NCBI GenBank assembly: GCA_963762145.1
Contig: CAVXJS010000021.1
Coordinates: forward strand, 352,001-416,000
Reading direction: 5' to 3'
DNA: 64,000 bases
From: an uncultured Candidatus Rokubacteria bacterium
Lineage (GTDB): Bacteria; Methylomirabilota; Methylomirabilia; Rokubacteriales; CSP1-6
The notes below the pieces were generated by a model. That model made no database searches and was not told the DNA's origin. It worked only from the letters and a program-made list of their open reading frames with translations. Made by a program: the position numbers and the translations under genes. Positions 8,799 through 22,830 of this stretch are shown piece by piece. Position 1 is the stretch's first letter. Every line of letters starts with the position of its first letter.

Positions 8799-10534
8799 CT
8801 AGCCGAAGACGCCGCCCATGCGGGTGCCGGCCATGCGGTTGATGATCGCGACGCTGATCGCGGCGACCAGGATCAGGATCACGCCGAGCGCGGCGGCCTC
8901 GTTGGCGCTGCCCGCGATGTAGAAGGCGAAGATGCCGTTGGTGATGGACTCCCAGCCGCCGAGGGCGAGGAACAGCACCGCGGAGGCCTCCTGCAGCGAG
9001 GTCATGAACGAGAAGAGGCCGCCCACCAGCACGCCCTTCCAGATCATGGGCAGCGTGACGTCCCGGAAGGTGCGCGGGCCCGAGGCGCCCACGCTCGCGG
9101 CGGCCTCCTCCAGCGAGCGGTGCACGAGCAGCAGCGAGGCGTAACGAGCCGCGCACCGTGTAGGGCAGCCGCCGCACCGCGAGCACCAGCGGCATGACGA
9201 TCCAGAACGAGGTCAGCCCGCGGTCGAAGCCGGGCAGGTCGAAGTGGAACGCGCGGATGTACGCGATGCCGATCGCGGTGCCGGGCATGGCCAGGATCAG
9301 CGTGTTGAGCGCGTCGAGCGCGCCCCGCCCCGGCACGGTGGACCGCGCGAGGAGCCACGCGATGGGCACGCCCACCCCGATGCAGATCACCACCGCGAGC
9401 CCGGAGTAGAGGAAGCTGTTCACGATGTACTTCGGCGTCTCCACGATCACGCGCTCGTAGTACTGGAGCGTGTAGGCCACCGGCAGCGGCGTCAGCGACC
9501 AGCCCTTGCCCACCGAGGCCAGCGCCACCCCGATGTAGGGGATGAACGACAGCAGCAGCAGCGAAGCCAGGAAGGCGATGACCAGCGCCTGCCGGGCGCG
9601 GCGAGAGCCGCCGCCGCTCGATCCGCGAGTAGGACAGCGAGGAGTAGTCCTTGATGGCCACGTAGTGCCGCGCGGCCAGCAGGAAGAGGATCGCGAGCAG
9701 CACCATCAGCGCGGAGATCACGATGCCCATGCGGAAGATGCGCCGGTCCACGAACTGCACGATGTTGAGGTAGGCCTGCGGCGGCCAGGAGGTCCTGCAC
9801 GCCCAGCACGAGCGGCGTGGCGAAGTCGGAGAACGTCCAGATGAAGACGAGCAGCGCGCCCGCCACGTAGCCCGGCGTGGTCAGCGGCAGCGTCACCGTC
9901 CAGAGCTTGCGACCAGCCGCGCGCGCCCACGCTCTCCGCCGCCTCCTCGAGCGAGGGATCGACCTTGCCGAGGGCGTCCACCACGTTGAGCGTGATCATC
10001 GGGAAGAGGTGGAGCGTCTCCACCAGCACCACGCCGTGGAGGCCGTAGAGGAAGTTGACGGGCTGGAGCATGTCGAAGCCAGTCCATCAGCAGCACGTTC
10101 ACGGTGCCGGCGCGGCCCAGGATGAAGGTGAAGCCGAGCACGCCGACCAGCGGCGGCGAGATGATCGGGATCATGCGTGAGGTAGCTGAAGAGGTTGCGG
10201 CCCGCGGAAGTCGTAGCGCACGAGCAGGAACGCGACCGCGATGCCGAGCACCGAGGTCGTGAAGACGGTCGCCACGCCCAGCAGCAGCGAGTTCCCAGCG
10301 AGCGCAGGTAGAAGCGGTCGGTGAAGAACTCGTGGAAGTTCGCGAGCGTGAACTGGCCGGCCTCGTCGGTGACCGCGTCGTAGAAGATCCGCCCGAGCGG
10401 GTAGAGGAGGAAGAGCGAGCAGGAACGCCCAGATCAGCCCGACGCCGAGCCGAGCCGCGCGCGGCCCGCATCCCGGCCGCGTCAGCGGCCCGGCTGCGCC
10501 GTCGGCGGCTAGCGGCCGGGCCCGCCATGCGCGC

Positions 10535-10538
<4 letters not shown>
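8799..10538 (-). CDS. FbpB/AfuB-type ABC permease (two TM domains; several frameshifts)
   Basis: Fragments in different frames: PIISPPLVG, ETLHLFP, two EAA motifs (LEEAAESVGA, LEEAAASVGA); start approximate. Confidence 0.8.
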
Positions 10539-11627
<1,089 letters not shown>

Positions 11628-11652
11628 GCCGGGTCAGCCGGCGGCGACTTCG

Positions 11653-12781
11653 CTACTTCTTCAGCTCGTCCCACTTGGCCTCGATGTCGGAGCGGAACCG
11701 CGTCTTGAGCGCCTCGGAGCGCTTGGTCGCCACGCCCTCGTCGTAGACGTTGGCCACCTCCGCGTCGAAGTACGAGCGCACCCCGCCGGTGAACTCGCAC
11801 CGCCAGCTCCGCGGTGGAGCCCGGCGCGCCCTGCACCTTGTACTTGGGCGTGATCGGGAAGAGCCCGCGCTCCATGAACACGCGCTGGCCGCGCTCGGTC
11901 AGCAGGAACTCGATGAACGCGCGCGCCGCCTTCGGGTTGCGCGCCCCGGCGAGGATCGCCATCGGCTCCGGGGTCACGAACGAGTTCTTCGGCGCCACGA
12001 ACTTGATGTCGAAGCCGGCGAGCTTCTCCTCGAAGGCCATGTACGACGGCACCGCGAATCCCGCGGCGAACTCGCCCTTGGCGACCACGGTCGGCACGTC
12101 GCGGCTCCGCGCGGTGAAGTGGCCGGTGTTGGCGGCCAGCCGCCGCAGCCAGTCCCAGCCCGGTCTTCGCCGTGCATCGACAGCATCACCTCGTAGGTCG
12201 CGTTGGACGACGACGACCGCGTCGGCGCGCACTGCGCCACCTCGCCCTTGAGCTTCGGGATTGAGCAGGTCGTCCCAGTCCTTCAGCTCGGCCACGCCGA
12301 GGCGCTGGAGGCGCTGGGGATGGTAGACGAGCCCGTAGGGCTCGAGCGCGGTGCCGACCCAGAAGCCGTCCTTGTCCTTGAGCGGGATCGGCTTGGGCTT
12401 GCCGATGGACGCGGGAATGCTGTCCCACGCCTCCTTGGAGATCTCGACCTTCTGCAGGAGCTTCTGCTCGGCGAGCTTCTCGAAGAGCGCGGACTCGCCG
12501 CCCCAGAAGATGTCCACGTCGGGCCGGCCCTTCCACTCGGTGATGCGGCCGTAGGCCACCGGCGTCCCCGCCGGGATCGCGTTCACCTTGACGGTGACGT
12601 TCCAGCTTCTCCTTGGCGTAGTCCGCGAAGGCCTTGAGCGCCGCGTCGTGGATGAACTTGGACACCGGCGTGATCAGCGTTCAGCTCGCCCTCGATGGGC
12701 GCCTGCGCGAGGGCCGGCGGCGAGCCGCGCCCAGCCGCCACGCAGCGATGGCGACCGCCGTCGTGATGATCGATCGCAGCA

Positions 12782-12785
<4 letters not shown>
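11653..12785 (-). CDS. ABC substrate-binding protein, AfuA/PgtC-like (frameshifted)
   Basis: Signal peptide, DIFWGG, PLKDKDGFWVG, WDDLLNP, PTRSSS, ARAFIEFLL. Confidence 0.8.
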
Positions 12786-14331
<1,546 letters not shown>

Positions 14332-15167
14332 TCAGCGGGCCGAGCAGCTCCTTCGGCGAGATCCGGCCGGTCGGTGATCACCACGCCGACGCCCTGCTCG
14401 ATGAAGCGGGCGATCGCCGCGCGGCTCGTTCACCGTCCACACGCCGAGGGTGAGGCCGGCCAGCCGGGCCTGCCTCGCCACCTCCGCGGTGACGAGCGCC
14501 TGGTCGAGCCCGACGAAGCTCACCCCGGCCTGGCGCAGCGCCTCGAGCTGCGCTCCCGACCGTGGCGGCCGGCAGCATGCGCGCCGAGTAGAGCGCGGCC
14601 ACGCGGGCGTCGGGGCGAAGCTCGCGCACGCGGCGCCACGTCGCGGCCTCGAAGGCCATCACCACCGTGAAGGCGGTGAACTCCTGGCGATCGAGCACCT
14701 CGAACACCTTCTCCTCGATCCCGGGGTAGCGCTGGCGCGCGCTCGTCGGTCTTGATCTCGAGCAGCATCTGCCGTCTCCCCGCACGGCGAGCCTCACCAC
14801 CTGGTCCAGCGTCGGGACGCTCTCCTCGGCGACCGCCCCGTCGCGGTCCTTGAGGCCGCACCGCCCGCAGCTCGGCGAGCGTGCGCGCGCGCACCGGGCC
14901 GGTGCCGGTGGTGGTGCGCTCGAGCGTGGGGTCGTGGATCACCACCACCTCGCCGTCGCGAGTGAGATGCACGTCGAGCTCGAGGAAGTCGGCGCCGAGG
15001 GCCAGCGCGTTGCGGAACGCGAGCAGGCTGTTCTCCGGCCAGAGCAGCGCGCCGCCCCGGTGCGCGGCGAAGAGCGGCGCGATCATGCCCTGCGCCGCCG
15101 CGGTGACGGAGCCCACCACCGCGGTGACCGCGACCAGGCCCAGCGCGAGCAGGAACAGCCCCTTCAC
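14332..15167 (-). CDS. Glycerophosphodiester phosphodiesterase, secreted (frameshifted)
   Basis: Signal peptide, AHRGG...[34 protein letters not shown]. Confidence 0.9.
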
Positions 15168-16015
15168 TTCTCGGTCTCCACCAGGCCCTTCACGAACCAC
15201 CGCTGCATCAGCAGGATGACCGCCACCGGCGGCAGCATCGCGAGCATCGCGGTGGACATGATCAGGTTCCAGTCGGTCTGGGCGTCGCCGGTGCCGATCA
15301 TCTTGGTGATGCCGATCACGATTGTGTCCATGCCGCTGCTGGTCGTGATGAGGAGCGGCCAGAGATACTGGTTCCAGCCGTAGAGGAAGAGGATCACGAA
15401 CAGGGCGGCGACGTTGGTCCGCGACAGCGGCAGCAGGATGTGACGGAAGAAGCGCAGCGGCCCGGCCCCGTCGATCTTGGCCGCCTCCACCAGCTCGTCC
15501 GGGATCGTCATGAAGAACTGCCGGAACAGCAGGGTCGCGGTGGCGGAGGCGATCAGGGGCAGGGTGAGCCCGCCGAAGGTGTCGATCAGACGGAGATCGG
15601 ACACCACCTTGAACGTCGGGATGATCCGCACCTCCACCGGCAGCATCAGGGTGATGAAGATCATCCAGAAGAAGAACATGCGGAGCGGGAACGCGAAGAA
15701 GACCACCGCGTAGGCCGAGATCAGCGACACCGCGATCTTGCCCACCGCGATGACCACCGCCATCACGAAGCTGTTGGCCATCATCCGCGCCACCGGGGAG
15801 GCCTTGACGCGCACCCCGCTCCCCTGCGACCACGCCTGCGCGTAGTTCTCCGCCCCGTGCGAGCCCGGATAGATCGGCAGGTCCCCGCGTCCGATGGTCG
15901 CCGCGTCGTGGGTCGAGCCGATCAGCGCGGTGTAGATCGGGAAGGCGAAGATCATCACCCCGATCAGGAGGATCGCGTGGGGGAGCCACGCGGCGCGCGA
16001 CTTGCGCTCGACCAT
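15164..16015 (-). CDS. ugpE: sn-glycerol-3-phosphate ABC permease
   Basis: MVE start, [46 protein letters not shown] end. Confidence 0.95.
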   Translation of the reverse strand: MVERKSRAAWLPHAILLIGVMIFAFPIYTALIGSTHDAATIGRGDLPIYPGSHGAENYAQAWSQGSGVRVKASPVARMMANSFVMAVVIAVGKIAVSLISAYAVVFFAFPLRMFFFWMIFITLMLPVEVRIIPTFKVVSDLRLIDTFGGLTLPLIASATATLLFRQFFMTIPDELVEAAKIDGAGPLRFFRHILLPLSRTNVAALFVILFLYGWNQYLWPLLITTSSGMDTIVIGITKMIGTGDAQTDWNLIMSTAMLAMLPPVAVILLMQRWFVKGLVETEK

Positions 16016-16896
16016 CAGTAGTGGACCCGCCGCTCCACGTAGCGGAACTGCACCGCGGTCACCGCGATGACGAAGACCATCAGGATCACCGACTGGGCCG
16101 AGGAGCCGCCCAGGTCCAGGTTGATCACCCCGTCCACGTAGACCTTGTAGATGAGGGTCTCGGTGGACTTGCCGGGCCCCCCGCCGGTCAGCGCGTGGAT
16201 GACGCCGAAGGTGTCGAAGAAGACGTACACGATGTTGACCACGAGGAGAAAGAACGTGGTCGGGGAGAGCAGCGGGAAGATGATGCTCCAGAAGCGCCGG
16301 GCCGGGCCGGCCCCGTCGATGGCGGCGGCCTCGATGACCGGCTTCTGGATGGACTGCAGCCCGGCCAGGAAGAAGAGAAAGTTGTAGCTCACCTGCTTCC
16401 AGCTCGCGGCGAGCACCACCAGGAACATCGCCTGGACGCCGTTGAGCTTGTAGTCCCAGAGGATGCCGAGCTTGCGCACCGCCTGCCCCAGGATCCCGAT
16501 GGACGGGTGGAAGATGAAGAGCCAGAGCACCGCGGCCACCGCGGGGGCGACCGCGTAGGGCCAGATCAGCAGGGTCTTGTAGACCGCGGACCCGCGGAGC
16601 CGCTTGTCGGCCATGACCGCGAGCAGCAGCGCGGGCGCCATCGACAGCACGGTGACCGCGACCGTGAAGACGAGCGTGCGCGCCACCGCGCCGCGGTAGA
16701 GCGGGTCGGCGAGGACGACGCGGTAGTTATCGAACCAGACGAAGTTCTGCCGCAGGCCGAACGCGTCCTGCACCAGGAACGACTGGTAGACCGCCTGCGC
16801 GGCCGGCCAGAAGAAGAAGACGATCGTGATCAGGAGCTGCGGCGCCAGGAGCAGGTAGGGCAGGACCTTGCCGTCGAAGACGACCCGGCGCTGCAT
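16015..16896 (-). CDS. ugpA: sn-glycerol-3-phosphate ABC permease
   Basis: [48 protein letters not shown] end. Confidence 0.95.
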   Translation of the reverse strand: MQRRVVFDGKVLPYLLLAPQLLITIVFFFWPAAQAVYQSFLVQDAFGLRQNFVWFDNYRVVLADPLYRGAVARTLVFTVAVTVLSMAPALLLAVMADKRLRGSAVYKTLLIWPYAVAPAVAAVLWLFIFHPSIGILGQAVRKLGILWDYKLNGVQAMFLVVLAASWKQVSYNFLFFLAGLQSIQKPVIEAAAIDGAGPARRFWSIIFPLLSPTTFFLLVVNIVYVFFDTFGVIHALTGGGPGKSTETLIYKVYVDGVINLDLGGSSAQSVILMVFVIAVTAVQFRYVERRVHY

Positions 16897-16925
16897 GGCC
16901 GATCAGCGGCCGCGTCCCCTCCCGG

Positions 16926-18287
16926 CTACGAGCGGTTCGCCCGCTCGAAGTTGCGCAGCACCACGTTCCCCCGCTGCACCGCGTTGTCGAGCGCCTGCTG
17001 CGCCGACTGCTGGCCCTGGAACGCCTTCTCCAGCTCCTCCTGGATGATGTTCCGGATCTCCGGCATGTTGCCGAGCCGCAGCCCCTTCGAGTTCTCGGTG
17101 GTCGGGGTCCGGGTCATCTGCAGGAACGGGATGTCGGTGCCGGGGTTCTGCTGGTAGAAGCCGGAGGCCTTCACCCGCTCGTAGCCCGCGAACGTGACCG
17201 GGAGGAAGCCGGTATCGGTATGCCACTTAGCCACCACTTCCGGGCGGCTGATGAAGCGGAAGAACTCGGCGACCGCCTTGTACTCCTCCGGCTTGCGGGT
17301 CGGCGAGGTCATCACCCAGAAGGCGGCGCCGCCGATGATCGAGTTCTTGGGCGCATCCGCCGTGCCCTGGTAGTACGGCAGCATGGCCGCGCCCCACTCG
17401 AACTTGGCCTCGCGCGCGATGCGGGCGCGGAGGCCGGACGAGGCGTGGATGATCGCGCACTCCCCGGAGGGGAACAGCGCGTCGCCCGCCGCGTCGCGTC
17501 CGCCGTACTTGAAGCTGCCTTCCTTCTGCATGTCGATCAGGGTCTGCACGTGGCGCACGTGCAGGGGGCTATTGATCTTGAGCTCCGCGTCGAGCCCGGC
17601 GAGGCCGTTGGCCTTGGTCGCGAGCGGGACGTTGTGGATCGCGCTGAACTGCTCGAACTGCGCCCACGTGGGCCACGCGGTGGTGAAGCCGCACGGCGTC
17701 GCGTTGGCCGCGCGGATCTTCTGGGCCGCGGCCCGCAGGTCGGCCCAGGTCTGCGGCGGCTTGCTCGGGTCGAGCCCCGCCTTCTTGAAGGCATCCTTGT
17801 TGTAGAACATGATCGTGGTCGAGCTGTTGAACGGCATCGCCATCATCCGGCCGTCGGGCAGGCTGTAGTAGCCGGCCACCGAGGGCAGGTACGCGGCGGG
17901 ATCGAACGCGACCCCGGTCTCCTTCATCAGCTCGTGCACCGGCTTGATCGCCCCGCGCGCCGACATCATGGTCGCGGTGCCCACCTCGAACATCTGCACC
18001 ACGTGCGGCGCGTTGCCCGCGCGGAACGCGGCGATCGCCGCGACCATGGTCTCGGGATACGACCCCTTGAAGGTCGGGTTGACCTGGTACTGGGTCTGCG
18101 ACTCGTTGAAGTCGACGACGATCTTCTCGAGGATGCCGCCCAGCGGCATGGCCAGCCCGTGCCAGAACTCGACCGTCACGCGCGGGGACTGGGCCCGCGC
18201 CGGCGGCGCGTGGTGCGCGAGCGTCGCCGACCCGACCACCACGAGCGCCAGCGCGATCCACCACCAGGACTTCACTGTCTTTGGCAT
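16926..18287 (-). CDS. ugpB: sn-glycerol-3-phosphate ABC substrate-binding protein
   Basis: KGSYPETMVAAIAAFRAG, FEVGTATMM, PFNSST, NSIIGGA, SKGLRLGN. Confidence 0.95.
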   Translation of the reverse strand: MPKTVKSWWWIALALVVVGSATLAHHAPPARAQSPRVTVEFWHGLAMPLGGILEKIVVDFNESQTQYQVNPTFKGSYPETMVAAIAAFRAGNAPHVVQMFEVGTATMMSARGAIKPVHELMKETGVAFDPAAYLPSVAGYYSLPDGRMMAMPFNSSTTIMFYNKDAFKKAGLDPSKPPQTWADLRAAAQKIRAANATPCGFTTAWPTWAQFEQFSAIHNVPLATKANGLAGLDAELKINSPLHVRHVQTLIDMQKEGSFKYGGRDAAGDALFPSGECAIIHASSGLRARIAREAKFEWGAAMLPYYQGTADAPKNSIIGGAAFWVMTSPTRKPEEYKAVAEFFRFISRPEVVAKWHTDTGFLPVTFAGYERVKASGFYQQNPGTDIPFLQMTRTPTTENSKGLRLGNMPEIRNIIQEELEKAFQGQQSAQQALDNAVQRGNVVLRNFERANRS

Positions 18288-18431
18288 GAATTCCTCCGGG
18301 TTGTCTGGCTCAAGCTATCGAACCGGCGTCTCGACCGGGTTGCGCACGGGTGACGTGTTCGTGTCGCCGACGGGCGCGTGCAATATAGCACTATTGACTC
18401 GGGGCCGGGAAGTTGCTCTATTCGCAGGCGG

Positions 18432-19992
18432 GTGGACCGCCGGGGCTTTCTCTCGCGCGCCTCCTCTGGACTGGCCGCCGCGCTCGCGGCGGGGATACCC
18501 CGCGCTGTGTCCTCCGCGTCCGCCGCGCCCCCACACCACCTCCAAGCGCGACGTGGTCATCGCGCAGGCGTACGACCTGACCAGTCTCGATCCGCACGCC
18601 TCGACGCTGTCGAGCGATTGGCGGATCGCCTTCAACGTCTTCGACACCCTCGTCCGACGCCATCCCGATGGGACGCTGCACCCGGCGCTCGCCGTCGCCT
18701 GGAAGCGCACGGCGCCCACCACGTGGCGGCTCGCGCTGCGCTCCGACGTGCGGTGGCACGACGGCACCCGACTCACCTCGATCGACGCGAAGTACAGTCT
18801 CGATCGCACCTTCGACGCCGGGGTCAAGGGGGCCCGCCTGCTCGGTGCCTGGTGGACCCAGGCGATGGAGCGGACCGAGGCGCCCGACCCGGCGACGCTC
18901 ATCGTCCACACGCGGTGGCCCGATCCGCTCCTGCCCGCGCGCCTGGCGTCGTGCGCGGGCGGGATCGTCCCCTGGGCGTACATGGACCGGGTGGGCTTCA
19001 AGGCCTTCAACGAGCGCCCGGTGGGCAGCGGACCGCTCCGCTTCGTCTCGCGGAGCCGTGGGGATCAGTGTGTCCTCGACGCCAACGTCGACTACTGGGA
19101 CGGCCGCGTCGACGTCGATCGGGTCGTGATCAAGGCGGTGCCGGACGACAGCCGACGGGTGGACCTGCTGCTGCGCGGCGGCGCCGACCTGATCGTGGGC
19201 CTGGCACCCGAGCACGGTCCTCGCGTGGCCGCGGACCCCTCGACGCAGGTGGCCGGCGTGCTCTACGCCGGGCTCTACGTGCTCGCGGTCAACGTCTGGG
19301 TGGCGCCCCTGAACGACCCGCTGATCCGGCAGGCCCTATCGCTCGCCATCGACCGGGAGACGATCGTGAAGGAGCTCTGGCGTGGCCGCGGCCTGGTGCC
19401 GAGCGGCCCCATCCCGCGGGGCGACGATCTCCACGACTCATCGCTGCGAGCGCTCCCCTACGATCCCGGCGCCGCGCGCGAGCGGCTGCGGCGGGCCGGC
19501 TACCGAGGCGAGGCGATCCACTTCGAGACGACGGCGGGCATGATCGCCAACGATCGGCTCATGGCCGAAGCCATCGTCGAGATGTGGGAGGACGTCGGCG
19601 TCAAGGTCGTCCTCGACGTGATCGACACCGACACCCGCCACCGGAAGAACCGGCAGCAGGCGTTCAAGGGGGTCTGGTGGTCCGATCCGACGTCCATCAT
19701 CCGCGATCCGGACGGGATGATGGGGCGGCTCCTGAGCCCGGGGCAACCGCACGACTACTGGCGCCACGACGAGTTCGATCGTCTCGCCGGCGCGGCTCGC
19801 TCCACCGCGGACGGGCGCGCGCGCGCCCTTGCCTACCGGAGGATGACCGCGATCTTCCTGGAGGAGAATCCGTGGATCGTGGTCTTGCAGCCGATGGAGG
19901 ACTACGGCCTGCGCCGCTACGTGGACTTCACGCCGAGTCCGGATCAGCAGCTCGAGCTGCGCCGCTTCAACTTCCGGATGCGCCGCGCCTGA
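18432..19992 (+). CDS. Family 5 (Dpp/Opp-type) ABC substrate-binding protein with Tat signal; one frameshift near 18530
   Basis: VDRRGFLSRA signal in one frame, TSLDPH/FDTLV/PVGSGP/IRQALSLAIDRE in the next; shift at a C run. Confidence 0.85.
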
Positions 19993-20001
19993 GCCCCGCG
20001 G

Positions 20002-20371
20002 TCAGGGCCGCTTCTGCTTCTCGTAGACCGCGGTGTTGCCCGGTCCGGGCGGAGCGCGCGTAGAGCTGCTCCTTGTCGGGCCCGTAGGTGAGCGTGATCA
20101 GGATGCCCTCGGTGCCGATCTTGTACTGGAGCTGGACCTCGCGCCCGGTGTCGACGTACCGGCCGGGCAGGCGCCGGCCGTCGGGGGTGATCGTGGTCAC
20201 GCGCCCGTCCGCCGCGAACTCCAGCCAGTCCTTCTTGTCGCCGTCCGGCGAGCGGACCAGCTCCCAGCGGCCCAGCAGCCACCCTTCGTCGGCCGCGCGC
20301 GCGGGCGTGACCGCGCCGTGCGCCAGCGCGGCGAGCACGAGGAGCGCAAGCCCGCGCACGAGGCGCGCCAT
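20002..20371 (-). CDS. Small secreted hypothetical protein (possible indel near C-terminus)
   Basis: MARLVRGLALLVLAALAHGAVTPARA signal, LLGRW motif; ATGA overlap with glpD stop. Confidence 0.7.
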
Positions 20372-22009
20372 CAGCGGTGCCGGAACCGCCGGCTCAGCTC
20401 CACGTGCTGCGAGTACGCCTCGAGCTCGGCGTCGAGACGGCGCGGCGTCCAGCCCGCCAGCTCGGCCATCCGCGCCGCGATGGGCTCCGCGCAGTCGAGG
20501 CCCTGGCAGCGGCTCTGGCCGATGCCGGTGCGCCGCAGCAGCACGTCCTGCAGCGACACCGCCAGCTCCTCCCGCACCGCGTGGTGGAGCTGGGCCACGA
20601 TCTCGGGATTGCTCGGGCAGAGGCGCTCGAAGCCGTCGGGCAGCTTGCGCCCCAGCTCGAGCACGCGCGGGAAGGCTCGACCGTAGGTCTCCACCAGCGT
20701 CTTGAGCGTCGCACGGGACAGGCCCGTCGCCGCCATTTCTTCCGACACGTCCATCCACGCGCGCACCTCGATCTTGCCGGCCTCCTCGTCGGTGCCGTCG
20801 AGCGCGGCGCGCGCGGTGCGCGAGGCGCCCTTGCGGCCCAGCGCGCGCATCACCCGGTCTCCCACGTCCTCGGCCAGGCTGCGGAAGCAGGTCAGCTTGG
20901 TGCCGGTGACGGACAGGAACCGGCCCTCCGGCCCCTCCGGGATCACCCGGTGCTCGCGCGAGACCGCGGAGGCGGAGCGGCCCGGCTCGAAGGAGAGCGG
21001 GCCGCACCCCCGCGTAGGTGTAGGCCACGTTCTCGAAGGTGGCGCGCTTGTCCGGCAGCACCTTGGCCACCTCGTCGAGCAGGTAGGTCACCTCCTCGCG
21101 GGTGGCCCAGAGGCGGTCCGGGTCGCCGTCGAAGTCGGTGTCGGTGGTGCCGACCAGCGAGAACCCGTGCCACGGGATGACGAAGATCATCCGCTCGTCG
21201 TGGGTCGAGAGGTACACCGCGCGGTCGGTCATGCGCGGCAGCAGGCAGTGGATGCCCTTGGTGGTGCGCAGCAGCCGCGGGCTCCGCTCGGCCACCCCCG
21301 CGAGCGCGCGCAGCCCGTCCACCCACGGCCCCGCGCAGTTCACGATGGTGCGCGCCTTGATCGCCTGCACCTGGCCCGAGAGCAGATCGCGCACCTGCAC
21401 GCCGTCGAGCCCGCGGGCGCCCGGGATGAACGCCTCGACCCGGCAGTAGTTGTGGACCCGGGCGCCGTGGCGCGCCGCCGAGAGCACGTTCTCGAGGCAG
21501 AGGCGCTCCGGGAAGAGCAGCAGGTCGTCGAAGTAGTATCCGGCCCCCCGCAGGTCCTCCGCCCGAACGCTCGGCTCCATCGCGAGCGCGGCCTCGGGCC
21601 GCAGCACGCGGTAGCGCTCGCTGTTCTTGCCCGGGGTGAGCAGGTCGTAGAGCCACATGCCGAGCCGCACCTTGATGAGGCCGCGCGCGGCGCCGCGGTA
21701 GACCGGCACCAGGAAGGGCAGCGGGCGCACCAGGTGCGGGGCGAGGCGCTCGAGGGTCTTCTTCTCGCGCAGCGACTCGCGCACCAGCTTGAAGTCGCCC
21801 AGCTCGAGGTAGCGGAGCCCGCCGTGGATCAGCTTGGAGGACTTCGACGAGGTGCCGGAGGCGAAGTCGCCCTTCTCGAACAGCGCGACCGAGGCCCCGC
21901 GAAGCGCCAGGTCACGCGCCACTCCCGCCCCCGCCATGCCGCCGCCGATCACCACGGCGTCCAGCGCGGCGCCGTCAAGACCAGCCAGCCGATTCGCGGG
22001 CGCGCTCAC
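20371..22009 (-). CDS. glpD: FAD-dependent glycerol-3-phosphate dehydrogenase (frameshift near 21000)
   Basis: IGGGMAGAGVARD, GTSSKSSKLIHGGLRYLE, NCAGPW, KGIH, GTTDT, GVRP, DVLLRRT. Confidence 0.93.
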
Positions 22010-22787
22010 TCCACCAGGTCCTCGATGGATCGTACCACGTGGTCCGGAGCGATCGCGGCGATTCGCGGATCGTCCGCGCGCGTCACGCCGCTCAGCACGA
22101 GCACGGTGCCGAGGCCGAGGCGCCGCCCCATCACGATGTCGGTGTCGATGCGGTCGCCGACGATCACCGCCTCGCCCGCGGGGACGCCGAGCGCGGCGAG
22201 CGCGACCTCCAGGATGATCGGCGATGGCTTCCCGACGATCGCCTCCACCTTCCGGTCGGTCACCGCCTCCACCGCCGCGATCATGCCCGCGCAGTCCGGG
22301 ATCTCGCCGCCCTCGACCGGGCAGGTGCGGTCGGGATTGGTCGCGATGAGCCGCGCGCCCTGCCTCACCGCCTGCAGCGCGGTGTTGAGCTTGGCGTAGT
22401 CGAAGGTGCGGTCGAAGGCGATCACCACCCAGCGCACGCGCTCGTCCGGCCGCACCTCGAAGCCGTGGGCGCGCATCTCCTCCTGCATCGGCGGCTCGCC
22501 GATCACGAAGACCGGCGCTCCCGGGTCGCGGTCGCGCAGGTAGCGCGCGAGGACCAGCGAGGAGTTGATGACGTCGTCGGGCGCGGCGGGCACCCCCAGC
22601 CGCGTGAGCTTGGCCGCGTACTCGGTGCGGGTCTGGAGCGGCTTGTTGGAGAGGAACGCGACGCGGCGGCCCGGCCGCGCGGAGGGCGGCGATGGCGGCG
22701 TCGGCGCCCGGGGATCAGACGGTCGCCGAGATAGACGGTGCCGTCGAGGTCGAAGAGCCAGCCGCGGTACGGGAGCTTGGGGCGCAC
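22006..22787 (-). CDS. HAD-IIA hydrolase, NagD-like (frameshifted near 22700)
   Basis: FDLDGTVY, ATNPD, GKPS, VGDRIDTDI, LVLSGVT. Confidence 0.9.
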
Positions 22788-22792
22788 TAGGA

Positions 22793-22827
22793 CCCCTCGC
22801 CCTGCCCTCTCCCCCGGGGGGAGCGGG
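22793..22827. repeat. REP-like palindrome, family B copy 1 (reverse orientation)
   Basis: CCCCTCGCCCTG-CCCTCTCCCCC-GGGGGGAGCGGG. Confidence 0.7.
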
Positions 22828-22830
22828 AGA

